Shown in pieces: positions 1 through 11,799 of a stretch of 64,000 bases of DNA. The notes under the pieces were generated by a model. The model was not told the origin of the DNA, made no database searches, and worked only from the letters and a program-made list of their open reading frames with translations. This DNA comes from Raillietiella orientalis (lineage: Eukaryota). Position 1 is the first letter of the stretch, and each line of letters begins with the position of its first letter. The stretch is from contig JAYWIR010000010.1 of the NCBI GenBank assembly GCA_036172245.1, positions 4,588,001 to 4,652,000 of the forward strand, given 5' to 3'. The translations under genes were made by a program, and so were the position numbers.

Positions 1-1486
1 AAAAAAAAAACAGCGCAGAGGAGGGGGAGGAGGAAGGACGACAGCCATAACTTTAGATGTTTCGTCTTGGTTCCTACTGGAAGAGTCATTATATCGGTTG
101 CAATTTGGAGCGCAGGAGTCACGAGAACCTGAGCCCTGCATCCCCGAGTTCGCATCCTCACGTGCATCTGGGAAGCGGAATCCGCTTAAGAAGGAAGGGC
201 ACGTGAGTGATTGAGAAGAGCCTGGACTGTACCGCTCATCACCTATCAGTTGACTGTGCTGCACGTGTGGAGAAGCGAGGGAGGAGGAGGAGGAGTGTTA
301 GCAAAGGAGGAGTGTTGGTGCCGTTCGGGAAGGAAAGCGGGAGAAAAAAAAAAAAAAAAGGAAAAGAAAAACAAAAAAAAAAAAAACCTGGATGCGTTCC
401 CTTCGGACAGAACTTCACGTGAGGGAGCAAGGAAGTCTCCGGTTCTCCTCTTTCACGTTGCTGCTGCTGATGCTGTTTGTTTGTTTGTTTGTTTGCTTGC
501 TTGCTTTTCGACTCCTCCCCGAAAATCTTCTCAGCCTGCACCTCTGTTTATTTAAAGAAGATCGGAGGCGCTGCTTCGGAAAATTAAAGCCCGACGCCTG
601 CACATCCGTGGATCTGACTCTTCTTGCATTTGGCAGAAACTCCCGTCTGGATTGCAGGCGGATTGAAAGGCATCGCCGGGACCGCTCTTCGCGCGCGAGA
701 TGAGCAGCGCAGGAGCGCAGCTCGGATGCGGCGAGGTGGATTTTTCGCTGAGCAGTCAGAAGGCGGCGCGCGCGTGCCCCTGGAAGCCGCTGCTCCGCGA
801 CGGATCCGCCGCTCCTCCCGGCACCTCCGAGGGGATTTTTTTTTTTTTTTTTCCTTTTTTTTTTTTTTTTTCCGGGAACCTCTAGGGAACAGCAGAGGGT
901 GGTTCCCCGCCGCCCGCGGACGCTGCCAGGCCTGCGCGCTCTCTCTCTGGATGAAGTTTTTTCCCGGAGGCGGCGCGGAGGAGGAAAGGAGGGAGCGCCA
1001 CGGAAGGTGCCCCCCATGCCCGGGAGAGCGCCTCCGAGGAGCGCTAGGACCAGGTTCGGGCCGGACGACCTTCGGTAGGAGCGCTACCCGAATCCCTCGC
1101 GGTGGCCAAAAGCTGCGAATCCTCTTCCCCCTCCCCCCCTCCCCGTTGTTTATTTTACTAAGCCGCTTCCGCGTTCCCGACACCGGCGTGCAGGAAAGGC
1201 GCCAGCTCCCGCGCTGTTCTTCCCGCCCTGCGCCCGCGAGCGACCCGGTGCGGAACTTCGCCCGCTCCGGGCAACGCTCGGGGGTTCCCGGCAGCGGGGA
1301 AGAGACGGCGCAGTCGGTAGAAACACCCGACGGCCGGAGCCGAGAAAAGCGCGGCGCGGGAAACGAGGTAACCACGCAGCAGGCGCGCGCCGCGGCGAGG
1401 ATGTGCGCGGGCGGGGGGGGTGTTCCGGCGCGGACCGCCGGGGTCTCCCGGGGGAGCGAGGGACGCTCTCGGTACGAGCGCGTGCA

Positions 1487-1658
1487 ATGCGGCTTCCATC
1501 AGTGCCGCATCCAAATAGGCCAACCAGCGTCATCTTGAGGAAGGGGAGGGGGATTCGAAACCAGCTGCGCACCCGCCACTCTCGGGCGTGGGGATTCGAA
1601 CCCGCGACGCTCAGTGTCTCGCGCGAAGGCCGCAGCAGCCACGCGGCCGCCAGCGCGG
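1487..1658 (-). mobile_element. Truncated 5' head of a tRNA-derived SINE-like element (copy A)
   Basis: Reverse complement closely matches 3739-3923 apart from one ~13-14 nt indel. Carries GGTTCGAATCC (Pol III B-box consensus) and a second GTTTCGAATCC. Confidence 0.7.
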
Positions 1659-1669
1659 ACTCTCGGAAG

Positions 1670-3280
1670 ACCGGCGTTCCGCTCCTCGGATCCGATTGCG
1701 GGTATGTCTGGAAGAATCCCCCGTGCGCTTCCCACCTGCCGACGGGAATGTAGCGCGGCCGGCGAGCTGCTGGCACGGGTGCTGTGTTCCCGGAACCTGA
1801 GGTTCTCTCTGAACTTTCGCTTCCGCCTTCGCAGCATCTGGCTGGAGGACGGGACAGCTGCGGACCCGCCGGAGAGATCAGCCGCCAGGAACAGCGGGTA
1901 TTCTTCCTCACCCTCTTGGGCTCTGACGCTCCTAACTTCCTCGAGCCACCGCGTTTCCTTACCTCCGGGGCTTTGGCTCGCGAGGGCGCAGGGAGCAGAT
2001 CTCCGGCCGGTCGTCGGGATGGTCATTCCCCCGTCTAGACCACCAGTGGAAGCGCCGCATTTTCCGAGCCGAGTCGCCTGCCGACGGGCCACAACGTCAA
2101 CAAGGCTAAAGGGGTCGGCTCAAGGACCTTCAGATGGCGACGCGCCGGCGGCGCCAGGTGCCCGCGAGCGCTGGTGGGGCAGGCGACAACCCCGGATGCG
2201 GTGGGAGTCCCCGTCGTCCTCCTGAGAGGTTTGCCACTTCCCCTCCGGCGGCAACACGCGGCAGCGACGCTCTTCCTGCACCGGAGCGGCTTTCCGCGTG
2301 ACACTGAAACGCGTTCCGGAGCAGTGCCAGGTGCGGAGGCGATTGAACCGCCCCCGCGCCTGCCTCCACACCCCAAATCCCTCGGGAGTGGACGGCGGCG
2401 AGTGACAGCAGCCTCCTCGCACCCGGAGGACCTCTTCTCGTGGCAGAGCCGCGCCGGCGAATCTCCGTACGCTGCTCGGACGATCGCCGGCTTCCCCGGA
2501 GGGATGTCACCCGCCTGCTGAGCGCGTATCGGCGACTTCCCTTCGAGCGTCCGGGTTTGGGGCGGCGGCGTTCCCGGAGGCGGCCTCGCCCGCCGCCGTC
2601 CTTGGCTCCGACGTCACTCCTCCTCCCCTTTTCCTCTCCACGGACTTCCTCTCCGATTGCGGCCCGACTCCGCCGCCAAGTCAGATCCTGTTCCTTCTTC
2701 CGGCTCCGCTGCAGCTCCCCTCCCCCCCTTCCTGGACGATTTCGTCCATCCCTGGGCGGGTCAGCGGGAACGCAGAGAGTCTCTCGTCCCCGGCGAAGGG
2801 GGAGTCGGAAAAACCCGGAGCGCGAACGTGGGAGGTTCCTGCGGGCAGTTCTCGTGCACCCCAAGGATTCTCCGCCACCGGGACGCTGGCGACGCTGCGC
2901 GGCGTTGCCGGAGGGCGATCATTCGCTTCATCCCGTCCACGATGGGGAGGGTAGGCAGCACCTCGCCTCTGTCTCGAAACCAAGGAGGGTGCCGCCCGGA
3001 TTGCAGGACGGCAATGAGGACGACTCAGCACATAGGTCCGGTGACCCTCCTTCCCTCATTCGTCCAGAGGCGATGAACGCTTGCGCCCGCCGTTTCCCCA
3101 CACCCCCTACTTCACACTCCCTGTCGGTTTATTTATTTAGCATCCCTTTCCCCCGACGTCTCCTCGACCCTCCGTCTATTGTGCGCGTTTCCTTCCTAAC
3201 TACCGACCTGTGTGCCGACCTTCCTCGAATCCTACCTCCAGGGCACGCTGTTTGACTTGAACAAACTTTTCAGCGTGACC
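1670..3280 (+). pseudogene. Possible very decayed LINE ORF2 fragment with 3' UTR-like tail
   Basis: Only weak motif echoes (ARNSGYSSSPSWAL resembling VRQGCPLSPLL; a Cys/Trp-Arg pattern near 2690-2900), followed by a pyrimidine-rich TTTATTTATTT tail similar to other LINE ends in the window. Confidence 0.25.
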
Positions 3281-3734
3281 TGGCTAGAGACGAACCACCG
3301 GCAGTGCCCCTTTTTCTCCCGATTTTATTCGAGAGGCCAGGCCCCCACAAGGGAGAATCATCGTATGGAGGAGCAAGTGGAGGCGAACTCTCCTCCCTCC
3401 CAACAGCGTAGCCTCCTCTTTTTTTTTTTCTTCTCTTTCTTTTCGGTTTCCCCGGTCTTCTCAAACCTCCCGAAGAGCTTGCGGCCGCTCCTCGAACCCA
3501 GCCATAGGATTCCGTGAGTCTGCGTCCCGTCCGCGATTCGCTCGATGTCCAGCAGCTTGCGGAACTTTGCTTCCCGCCTCCTACCTAGAGGAAATCGGAG
3601 CGCACGGCGTGGGATGCTGTCCGTCCCCGGCCACGGCGATCCTTACTTCCAAAAGGACTCGCTTGAGCTCCAGATCATTCGGTCCACGAGCGGGTTCTCG
3701 CAAACACCTTTTCTGTGCACGTTCTTCGAACTTG

Positions 3735-4480
3735 ATGGCCCGCACTGGCGGCCGCTTGGCTGCCGCGGCCTCCGCGCGAGGCACTGAGCGTCGCGGGTTC
3801 GAATCCCCACGCCGATGATCGACTCCCGAGAGTGGCGGGTGCGCAGTTGGTTTCGAATCCCCCTCCCCCTCCTCAAGATGACTCTGGTTGGCCTATTTGG
3901 ATGCGGCACTGATGGAAGCCGCATATCCCCGTCGAGTGAACGGGATTGGAAGTTGACACTCCGGGGTCCCTCCAGGAGTCAAGGAGCCCTTCGGTTGTGC
4001 AAATGGAGCCTTTCCCCTTTCTCGGAGGGTGACCCTCCATGGCGTACCACGGGGCAGGTGGACTGGTACCTCGCCAGGGTGTGGTGAAGAAGCGCGTTGC
4101 TCCCTCCGGAGAGCACCCTTCAGCGTCCCTTCGGGATTCTCTTCAGAGGAGGAAGCAAGGGGCGCTTCCCTGGAGGGAACCCGCAAAAAAAAATTCTCCG
4201 GATTCTCTTCGGAGAAGGAGGGTTGCCCTCTCCGGGAGGTCTCTCCGGAAAGCATGAGCAAGAGGTTCCCTACCAAACGTAAGAGGAACGGACCCCTTCC
4301 TCCGCAGCCTTTTCCGGATTCATGGGATGGATGCCTCAAGGGTTACCCCCCATAACTTGAAGAGTTATTGCGCTCACCCTCAGGTGGCGTGCATAGTCAG
4401 TGTCAAAGGGCTTCCTGAGCTACCAGACGAACGGTTCTTCATTGTTTGGCGAACCAAAAAGATAAAAAAAAGCTGGAAGG
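3735..4480 (+). mobile_element. Near full-length tRNA-headed SINE-like element (copy B)
   Basis: A-box-like TGGCGGCCGCTTGG, B-box GGTTCGAATCC at 3796-3806 and a second B-box-like GTTTCGAATCC at 3850-3860. Body blocks (TCAAGGAG, CGGTTGTGCA, AGCGTCCCTTCG, CTTCAGAGGAG, CTTGAAGA, AAAAGCTG) are colinear with the reverse complement of 61985-62726. Confidence 0.7.
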
Positions 4481-5140
4481 ACCCACGGAATCCTAGTGCA
4501 CAGTAACGCTCTCCCCGTGATGTCGCCACTGGCCTTTAAAAGGGTTGGGAGTCAGCAAGTGCACGCCGTGAACACGACGGTCGGGGGGAGGGCGGGAATG
4601 GGCAGATAGGGACCTTCCGGCTCGTGACCGCACTGGCTTCCGGGGCGCTTGCTGAGGGAGGGGAGAGTCAGGGGAGGGGGAACCGTGCGACACCCGCGCT
4701 TCCCCACTGCCTCCCGGGCCAGGTCTTGCGTGCCGCCTCGCGCGCGCTCCTCCCGATCGATGCCGACGTCCGGGTTCCAGGTGGATCTCGGCCGGCAACA
4801 TCCGGGCAAGCCAGGGCCGCGTTTGGATCTGGTCGCCTTCCTCGCAGGCAGGTTCGCGGGCGGGCACGGAGGGGGAGGAGGAGGAGAGCGGGGAGGAAGA
4901 TGTGCACACGAGGACGATTTGTCTCCCGGCTTTGCCTTTCCGATGGAATTCCCATCAAGACAGGGAACATTTGGAAAGTCAAAAGGGTTCTGGATTGCAA
5001 AGTAGAATCGTCTGGATTAAATGGAGCAGTTTTTTTTTCTCTCTCTCTCCTTTTTTCGAAGCGGGAGCCTATATTCGTGGGCATGGGGATTGTTACGACT
5101 GCACAAACAATTAAGTAGGAGCACGACTTAACTTTGGGCC

Positions 5141-5520
5141 TTGAGTAACGGAACTTTTCTCACATGGCTAAGCATCAGGCAGCATCCGAGGCAATCCAGA
5201 CATCATACTGTCTATTTTTCAAGGTTATATTTGGATGCGCGCCCATCCATTAAAGCTGGAGTCCTCCGCAAGGAGCCAAACCGTGGTGATTTCTCCGGCT
5301 GCGAGGACCGCGGGGACACGCGGGAGCGCGACGCTCAGAGGAGCAGTAGGACGCGCGTCGCGAAGAGGCGCAGGAAGAGAACCGTGCGAGCGGTCCCTGC
5401 TGGCGGGCACCTCCTCTCGCCGGGTAGGAAGTTCCTAGGGGGGGTGGCGGACCTTGCGGACCTCTTCGCGGCGAGCCCTGGGAACAACGGCAGCTCGGAC
5501 CATGGCGTTGTTTTCTCCGC
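5141..5520 (+). pseudogene. Decayed apurinic/apyrimidinic (APE)-type endonuclease of a non-LTR retrotransposon
   Basis: ORF 5141-6037 contains GDFSGCEDRGD (cf. GDFN...D) and then DLFAAS...SSDHGVV (cf. RID...SDH), in the order of LINE EN motifs. Confidence 0.5.
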
Positions 5521-6633
5521 CGCCCTTGCTGCCGCTGCTGCTGCTGCCGCCAGGTTCCAGTCGTTCGAGGGCCGCATCCCACCGCACTCGCGTAGGGTAT
5601 TTACTGAAGCGCACTGCGCGTTCTTCCGCGGGAGTTCTTGGCCCCCTCGACGCGACATGTACCCGTCCCCACAAACAGCGCCATTGCGGTTTCTGAGCGG
5701 GTTTCTCCGGACAAAGAAGCTTATCGAAAGTCTCAAGCAACGGCAAGGGATTCCTCTCGTGTCCGCTCCCTCCCTACTTTTCACTCATTGTCATAGGCTT
5801 GTTAAACCGCCGGAATTCTCCGGCCCTTGTCAGCTGCCAACGTCGATTATTGCAAGAGCGCGCGCGCTCCGTCCACATTCCGGGTCCCCCGCTCTGCAGC
5901 ATGGCGTGCACGGAGTCTCCTTGGTCCCCGCAGTGGTTCATTCGTTCCCCGTTTCGTTCGGTCCCTTCAGGTCCTTTCGACTCGAAGTCGCCACCCCTGA
6001 GCGTTCCTACCATCGACCCCCATCCCCTTCCTCATGAACCTCGCGCAACGCATCCTTAACTTCCCTTCGCTTCCCAGCCGGCAAGCGAAAACGCACCGCC
6101 GCCGCTCTCCGCCGCGTCAGGTGACGTCAGCTGATCGCAGAAATTTCAGATTCTCTTCAGTTCCTTCCCCCTGCCCCCCGCAACCCCCTTCTCCCCCCCT
6201 AAATTTTTTTTCCACACGCGCACATCGCGTGTCACTTTCCATCAGGCTCCACGATGATATCCGTCAGCTTCCATCGCAACTTTCGCGCAGATTGTGTCCC
6301 GTGTTTCCCGGCACGAGAGCGTAGCGGCCAGCCGTCCACGCGAGTGAGGGCACACACTTTGAGAACACACATGTGTTCTGTTCACCAACACCACCGTGGA
6401 TGATTTCGGAATTCCCTGATTCTCTCTGCTCCGTTTTAATTAATGGGCGTGTCGCTTCTAAGCTTTGAACTTGTTTTCCTTTGCGGTACGCCTTCACTGT
6501 TTTCATGCAGAAAGTGCAAAAGTGAAAGTGGAAGTGATTCGTTGGGGAAAACCATGGCAAGCACCAAAATGTTTCACCTACGCGTTGTTTTCTGGAGTTT
6601 TTTTTTCCTTTTCCCTCCCATGTTGAATCTTTA

Positions 6634-6695
6634 TCTCTCTCTCTCTCTCTCTATGTCTCTCTCTCTCTCTCTCTTTCCCCCCCCACTCTCTCTCT
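6634..6695. repeat. (CT)n microsatellite
   Basis: Interrupted ctctctct run read directly from the sequence. Confidence 0.9.
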
Positions 6696-6870
6696 GCTAA
6701 GGAAAATAAGACATGGTTCCTTCACCAAGAAGTCCTAGGCTATTTTTATCCCATATCGGCTCGGCTAGAAGGCGACCTCGAGGAAAGATAAGTGTCATAA
6801 GGGCAAGGAGAAGAGACCTACGTTCGACCGAGATGATAGGTGGTCACGAAATTTTTGCAGCCTGATCATC

Positions 6871-7100
6871 CCGAAAAATTACCGTGCCATCTCTGAGTCA
6901 ACAGGGCTGCCAGCACCTCTTCTTGTCGCACGCTCGTTACTACATTGTTTCAGTTTTTCGCTTCCGTTCTTGCTTGTTTAAGAATCGCTGTTTACAAAAC
7001 TTCCCAAGCTGGCATTTTCTCCGATGAGAAATCCTATGCATCAGCTTGGTAATGGCAGCAGCCCAAGAATTCGAATGTGATCTCGACAGAATGCTGACTT
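6871..7100 (+). pseudogene. Non-LTR reverse transcriptase N-terminal fragment
   Basis: PKNYRAIS at 6871 (cf. PxNYRPISL) and AFSPMRNPMHQL at 7012 (cf. GFxPxRSxxxQL) are in the same frame, with one stop between them. Confidence 0.5.
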
Positions 7101-7561
7101 CGGTAGAAGACGATGAAAGGGCCCACTAGCCCCACAGATCACAAAATAAAGCGACTCACCTTCGTCTCGGAGGGTTACGCGCAGCAACTCTCGACCTCTT
7201 TGTGAGGGTCTTCTGAGTGGAGGTGGCAGCTGTTGCGAATGTTTTCAACCGTGTTCGTGTGTCCTCCCTCTGTCAGACCCCCCTGGAAACCAGTGTGTTT
7301 CTTTAAACAAGAGGATGTATCGTTTGAAAGAATCTTCAATCGTAAAAAATTTAAATTTTTTTTCTTTTTTTTCGGCATGCTTACGAAGCGAGTCTTCCCT
7401 TCATCGTACTTTGCCTCGTCGCTCGCACAGAGTGCTGAGGAGAAGGGTGAGGTGTTTCGGAGTTTTGGTGATCAAATTCCATAACCGGAAGCGAAAACGG
7501 AAGCCATGGAGTAGTGTTCTTTCATAACAGAAGGACCATGCGCTCGCATTAGGTACGCGCA

Positions 7562-7819
7562 TTAGGTTGCATTGTTGGCCTCCGCGCTGATCGCGCACTC
7601 TGACGTCACGCCGCGGAGCCGGACTCGGGCCGGAGCGGCGTCGAGCCGCGATCGCCCTGTATTTTTAGGTTGCATTGTTGGCCTCCGCGCTGATCGCGCA
7701 ATCTGACGTCACGCCGCGGAGCCGGACTCGGGCCGGAGCGGCGTCGAGCCGCGATCGCCCTGTATTTTTAGGTTGCATTGTTGGCCTCCTCGCTGATCGC
7801 GCAATCTGACGTCACGCCG
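7562..7819. repeat. 103-bp tandem repeat, ~2.5 near-identical copies (YR-associated cassette)
   Basis: Units start with TTAGGTTGCATTGTTGGCC at 7562, 7665 and 7768. Each contains TGACGTCA and GCTGATCGCGCA. Confidence 0.95.
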
Positions 7820-8039
7820 TGAAGCTGCATGCGAGGCGGGCTGGTTTCAAAATGCCGCACCCTATAGAAGAAAATGAGTGACAGTTCCCTTTGATGATGA
7901 CTAAGCTGATCCCTTTCTTCCGAAAACGCGAACACCGCCATCATCATTCCACGCTCTGTGCCTAGATGACAGCACTCACTTGCGGTGGCCTTTTTTGGAA
8001 AGGGACTTCCATGACTGACTGCCATCGTGTAAGGTGATT

Positions 8040-8890
8040 GCTCGACCTTCTTCGCCGTTCCTAGACTACCTCCTTCTCAGGATGGTTCTTGGAGCTTCGA
8101 CGAGCTGCTCGGTCTCGATATCTGCCTCGCGCACCACATATGCGATAGCAGCACGGAGCAAGAATTCCGCGGCTTCGCTCCGTTACTTCTGAGTAATTTT
8201 GAGAGCACTAGCTCATAGGCAAGTGTCACATGTAGACCAGGGGTTCTATTTACAGAGTTTTGGTTTCGAATCCATGGAAAAGTGAGGGCAACTTTTGGAT
8301 CATGATGGGGAAGAGAGGGTCGGAATTATAGCACCAGTTACGCGTGGATTCGACACGAGTCCGAGATTTTGGCAGTGATCTTTGAGGAATCCTGAGAAGT
8401 AAGGAAAGGAGGTTTCGAGAGGTTTCAAGAGAAAGGAAGGTCATTTCATGGAAGAGAAAGCACCGACCTCTCGCCACGTGTTGCACCTGAGGGAAGAGCC
8501 ACGATACTCTTTTTTTCAAGGGACTAGAGGATGAACTCGGGAGCAAGAAGAACCGCCGAAGACAGCAGGATCTGGAATTCTTCCCCCTGGAATTGCGAAG
8601 ATACGGTTGGAATCTTCATTCCGATGCGATCAAAGAGTCCACCAGAAAGATGGAGGCAGACTGAGGGGAATACTCCCCTTCTCCCTTCCACTACAATAGC
8701 GCATCCATCGCCCAACAGAGAGCGCGAAGAGAAGAGAAAGGGAAGTGCCGCGGAAGGAAACTGCCTGGTCGGATTGAAGGAACTGCAGGGAGCTCATCAT
8801 GTGCGATGCTGGGACTCCGCTTCCAGGAGCTCATGGAACGACATTGGGCGGTTCCGGAGCGCTTTTGAAACAAACAAGAGGGGGGCATGC
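8040..8890 (-). pseudogene. Decayed tyrosine recombinase ORF (YR1), DIRS/Crypton-like
   Basis: Motif echoes in the expected order across frameshifts: SMSSWKR (N-terminal), ILLSSAVLLAPEF (box I-like), SCRIHA (CPV-like), DPLFP, and KPRNS/LRAAIAY (HSxRxxxA box II-like). Confidence 0.4.
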
Positions 8891-9859
8891 ACGAAGCGTG
8901 GAAGAGTTCTTAAAGATGGGTTAAATGAAATGATTCTATGCGTAAGCAAATATAGTTGAATTTGGTTATGTCAGTATAAGAAGTATGTTTAGTGATAGAT
9001 TATTGGGTTGCATGGTTTGGAGATATTATAAGATTTCAATTTATAAGATATTATAAGAATTTAATAATTACAAGGTTTTCTAAAGTTTATGAGTGGAAAG
9101 TTTATAGTTTATAGTGGTTTATGTGAAGTAGTGGTAATTAGAATAAGGTAGAGATTTTGAGTTTATCTTTAAAATAAGTGTTTGGATTAATTAGTTATTT
9201 TTATGTAGTAATGAAGGTGGACATTCGAGACACTGGAGGGAAGAGAGAGAAGAGTCATCGGTAGATTTTATCAGTGATTTGGGGGCATGAGGAACTCGCC
9301 AATCATTGAAGGAGATCCAGAGTGTGCAGAGATCCTCTCGCCGAGGTTGATCGTAAGAGCTGGTTGACAAGGGAGAAAGAGGGGGAACAGGGCCATCCAT
9401 CAGCTGGTTCCTCCGAAACTTTCTCATCACCATCGTCTTCGTCGTCACTCTCGTCGATCTTCATCATCACCATCATTATCAATCATCTTCAATTACCAGC
9501 ATCATCATAGCCGTAGTTGTCATCGCTCACCTCCGCCGCTGCCATCTTAGGATAGCCGGCATATGTGCGATGAATCGGAAGGAGAACGGGTAGCTCCATC
9601 CAGAGGTGAAACGACCTTGACCTATTCTCCAGCCTTCTCCGGACCGCCTAGAAAGTTCGAACTTGGAGGATTCTAGGCGACCAGGGAAACCTCGGTCAGC
9701 TGGGAGCAAGACACAGAGGTGGGTGCAGGTTTCTCCTCACTGGAAATCGTCCAAGGGGTGAGGAACGTGAGAAGTCCCCCTTGTTCGAGAGCTGGAGCTG
9801 TCTCGGTCCGTGAGAGGTCAACAGTAGACCGATTCTGGAGAGAACGAGTGCAGCAGGGA

Positions 9860-10400
9860 GAACTAAGCGTCTGCTTCGCCAAGCTGGTGACATCGGATTC
9901 TTACCGGATGCTACTGGGCTTTTGGTTGCTATGGGTAGCAGAACAGAGGCAACCGTGGAGGTGGAAATCCGCTAACGGGTGCGCCGCTCCACGACTTGCC
10001 CGCCAAAGGGAGAGACCCCGCGCCCGACCTCCGGAACAGAGCTCCTTCTGCCCCATGGCGTGCTTCGGTCAGAGAGAGAGAGGCTCTCCAGGTTTCGGCT
10101 AGTAGAAGGAGAGCTAGTAGAGATGGGGTGCACTCAGAATGCTGACTCCTGGAAGCGGAACTGTCGGCGCGGATCTCTGTCGTGTCAGCAAGCATTCCAG
10201 CGAGATCCAGGCCTGATGCCGAGAGTTAGTCTGTGGAAACCGCCTCTGGGAGTAGTCCATTTAGTCTCAAGTCAGCGGAGGACGTCACACATTCGGAAAG
10301 CAGGTGGTAGTAGCATGTGCGAAAAACCATCATCGGAGAAACTATGGAATCATCCAGCTCCAGGGATCCGAGGAGTTGTAGGAGGAAGTAGAACGACCAA
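9860..10400 (-). pseudogene. Decayed tyrosine recombinase ORF (YR2)
   Basis: VFRTCYYHLLSEC (box I-like, cf. FxxLLRxSE), CTPSLLAL...ALFRRSG (CPVxAL...LF) and, after a frameshift, FHLHGCLCSAT (HxxRxxxAT-like). An eroded acidic tract lies downstream at ~9420-9520. Confidence 0.4.
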
Positions 10401-11799
10401 CGGGGGCAGAAAATGCAAGAAAGGAGAAAGCTACTTGCAAGAATGAAAAGGAACGAATAGACTAGGAAGCAAGAGACTAAGCTACCAGTCGCGGAGGAAC
10501 TCTTGCGCACCCCTGGAAGCAAATGGACAGGTGCGCTGCTCAGGCTGGAAACCAACGGGCCGAAGTCGGGGGACAGTACAGGAGATCTGTGAGGATATGA
10601 AGGAGAAGGAGGAGGAAAAAGAAGGATGCTGGTCAATGCATGAGAGGAGGAGAATCACTTAGAAACGGCCCTCGGATAGTGGAGGAGAGAGGAGGGATAA
10701 GAAAGGAAGGGAGCTCGTATTCGATGGTTAGCAGCTCCGAGCTCTTTGTCTCGTTTGCCGTCCTCTGTAGCCGCATCTCTGTTTTCTTTTTTTTCTTGCA
10801 TCTGCGTGGCTGAGAGCGAGAGGAGAAAGAAAGGAGGAAGAGAGAAGGAAGAGCAGTGGAAGAAGAGGAAGAAAGGAAGAGAGGAGGAGAGAGAAGGAGG
10901 CACACTCGGTAGAATTTAGAAGGATTCTTTCTCTACCACAGAGTGAAGGCGAAACAACTGGAGCCACAACTTGTGTACCGTCTCTAAGGAGACGGCGTGA
11001 AAAAAGAGAAACGGAGGACCTCGCCTCGCGAAAGCACAATTTTCCCTTTTTTTCAGGAAAAGCAGGAAACGAGGGAAGAACAGAATGCCATTTTTTTCAG
11101 AAGATGCCAACGGGAGTTGGGTATCGCTCCTTGGATGTCCTCCGTCCCAGGTGGCCTGTCGCCCTCTCCCGCAGCGGCAGTTGCCGCTATCTTGAGCGCG
11201 ACGCATCCACGACATCTTAAGGCAACGTTCCACGCAAGCGGCAGCGGGAAGACAACCGCTCCACCCTCCGTTACTCCTGTCACCCCCCACGGAACAGAGA
11301 ATTCCCTTCGGCTAACCTCGAACAGAGAGGGGCGCCGTTGTCCACGCCACACAAGGACTGAAAGCAAAAGCGTCGCAGCAGTTCGGCGACCTCTGAACTT
11401 CCTCCCCGCTGCTGGTCCCTGACTTGTGCTCTCCCTGCGGATCAAGGGGGCATAGGACAGCAGCTCTTCCCTTGACCGTGGGGTGTACCCGCTAAAAGTA
11501 CACGTGTGTATGTTTATTTCCTGTTACCGTCTGGAAGAGATTGACCCCGCATAGCAGGTCCTCTGGAACCGCGATCTCCTGAGGCCAATTCGTCCGGCCT
11601 TCCTCCCTATTCACCTATGGAACGGTGGCACGCCCATCACTGCTCCCACTGCTCTTCTAACAGCCGACCTGCACACGCTGGCAGCCAAGCAACCTGCGCA
11701 ACGAGCTTGTCACATCCTGGTGGTGCGAGCCGCCGTCGGTTTACTTGCGCTCTCCACCCGTACGCATGGTGTACGCTTTGACTCAACCGGCCGTCCACC

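Noticed and set aside
207..3255. Many long overlapping Arg/Gly/Pro-rich ORFs (up to 304 aa)
   Set aside because: Expected from stop-codon scarcity in very GC-rich DNA. They overlap on all frames, run through homopolymers and show no domain.
3735..3815. Functional tRNA gene
   Set aside because: A B-box is present but I cannot fold a proper cloverleaf or find a T-run terminator, and it continues into a repeated body, so it is treated as a SINE head.
6121..6140. GTGACGTCAGCTGATCGC as another cassette copy
   Set aside because: Shares two short motifs but in the wrong order with no flanking similarity.
7549..7772. TTAGG telomeric repeat seed
   Set aside because: Only isolated TTAGG pentamers at unit starts, not a tandem telomeric tract.
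7562..7819. CRISPR array
   Set aside because: Whole 103-bp units repeat with no unique spacers, there are no cas genes, and the context is eukaryotic.
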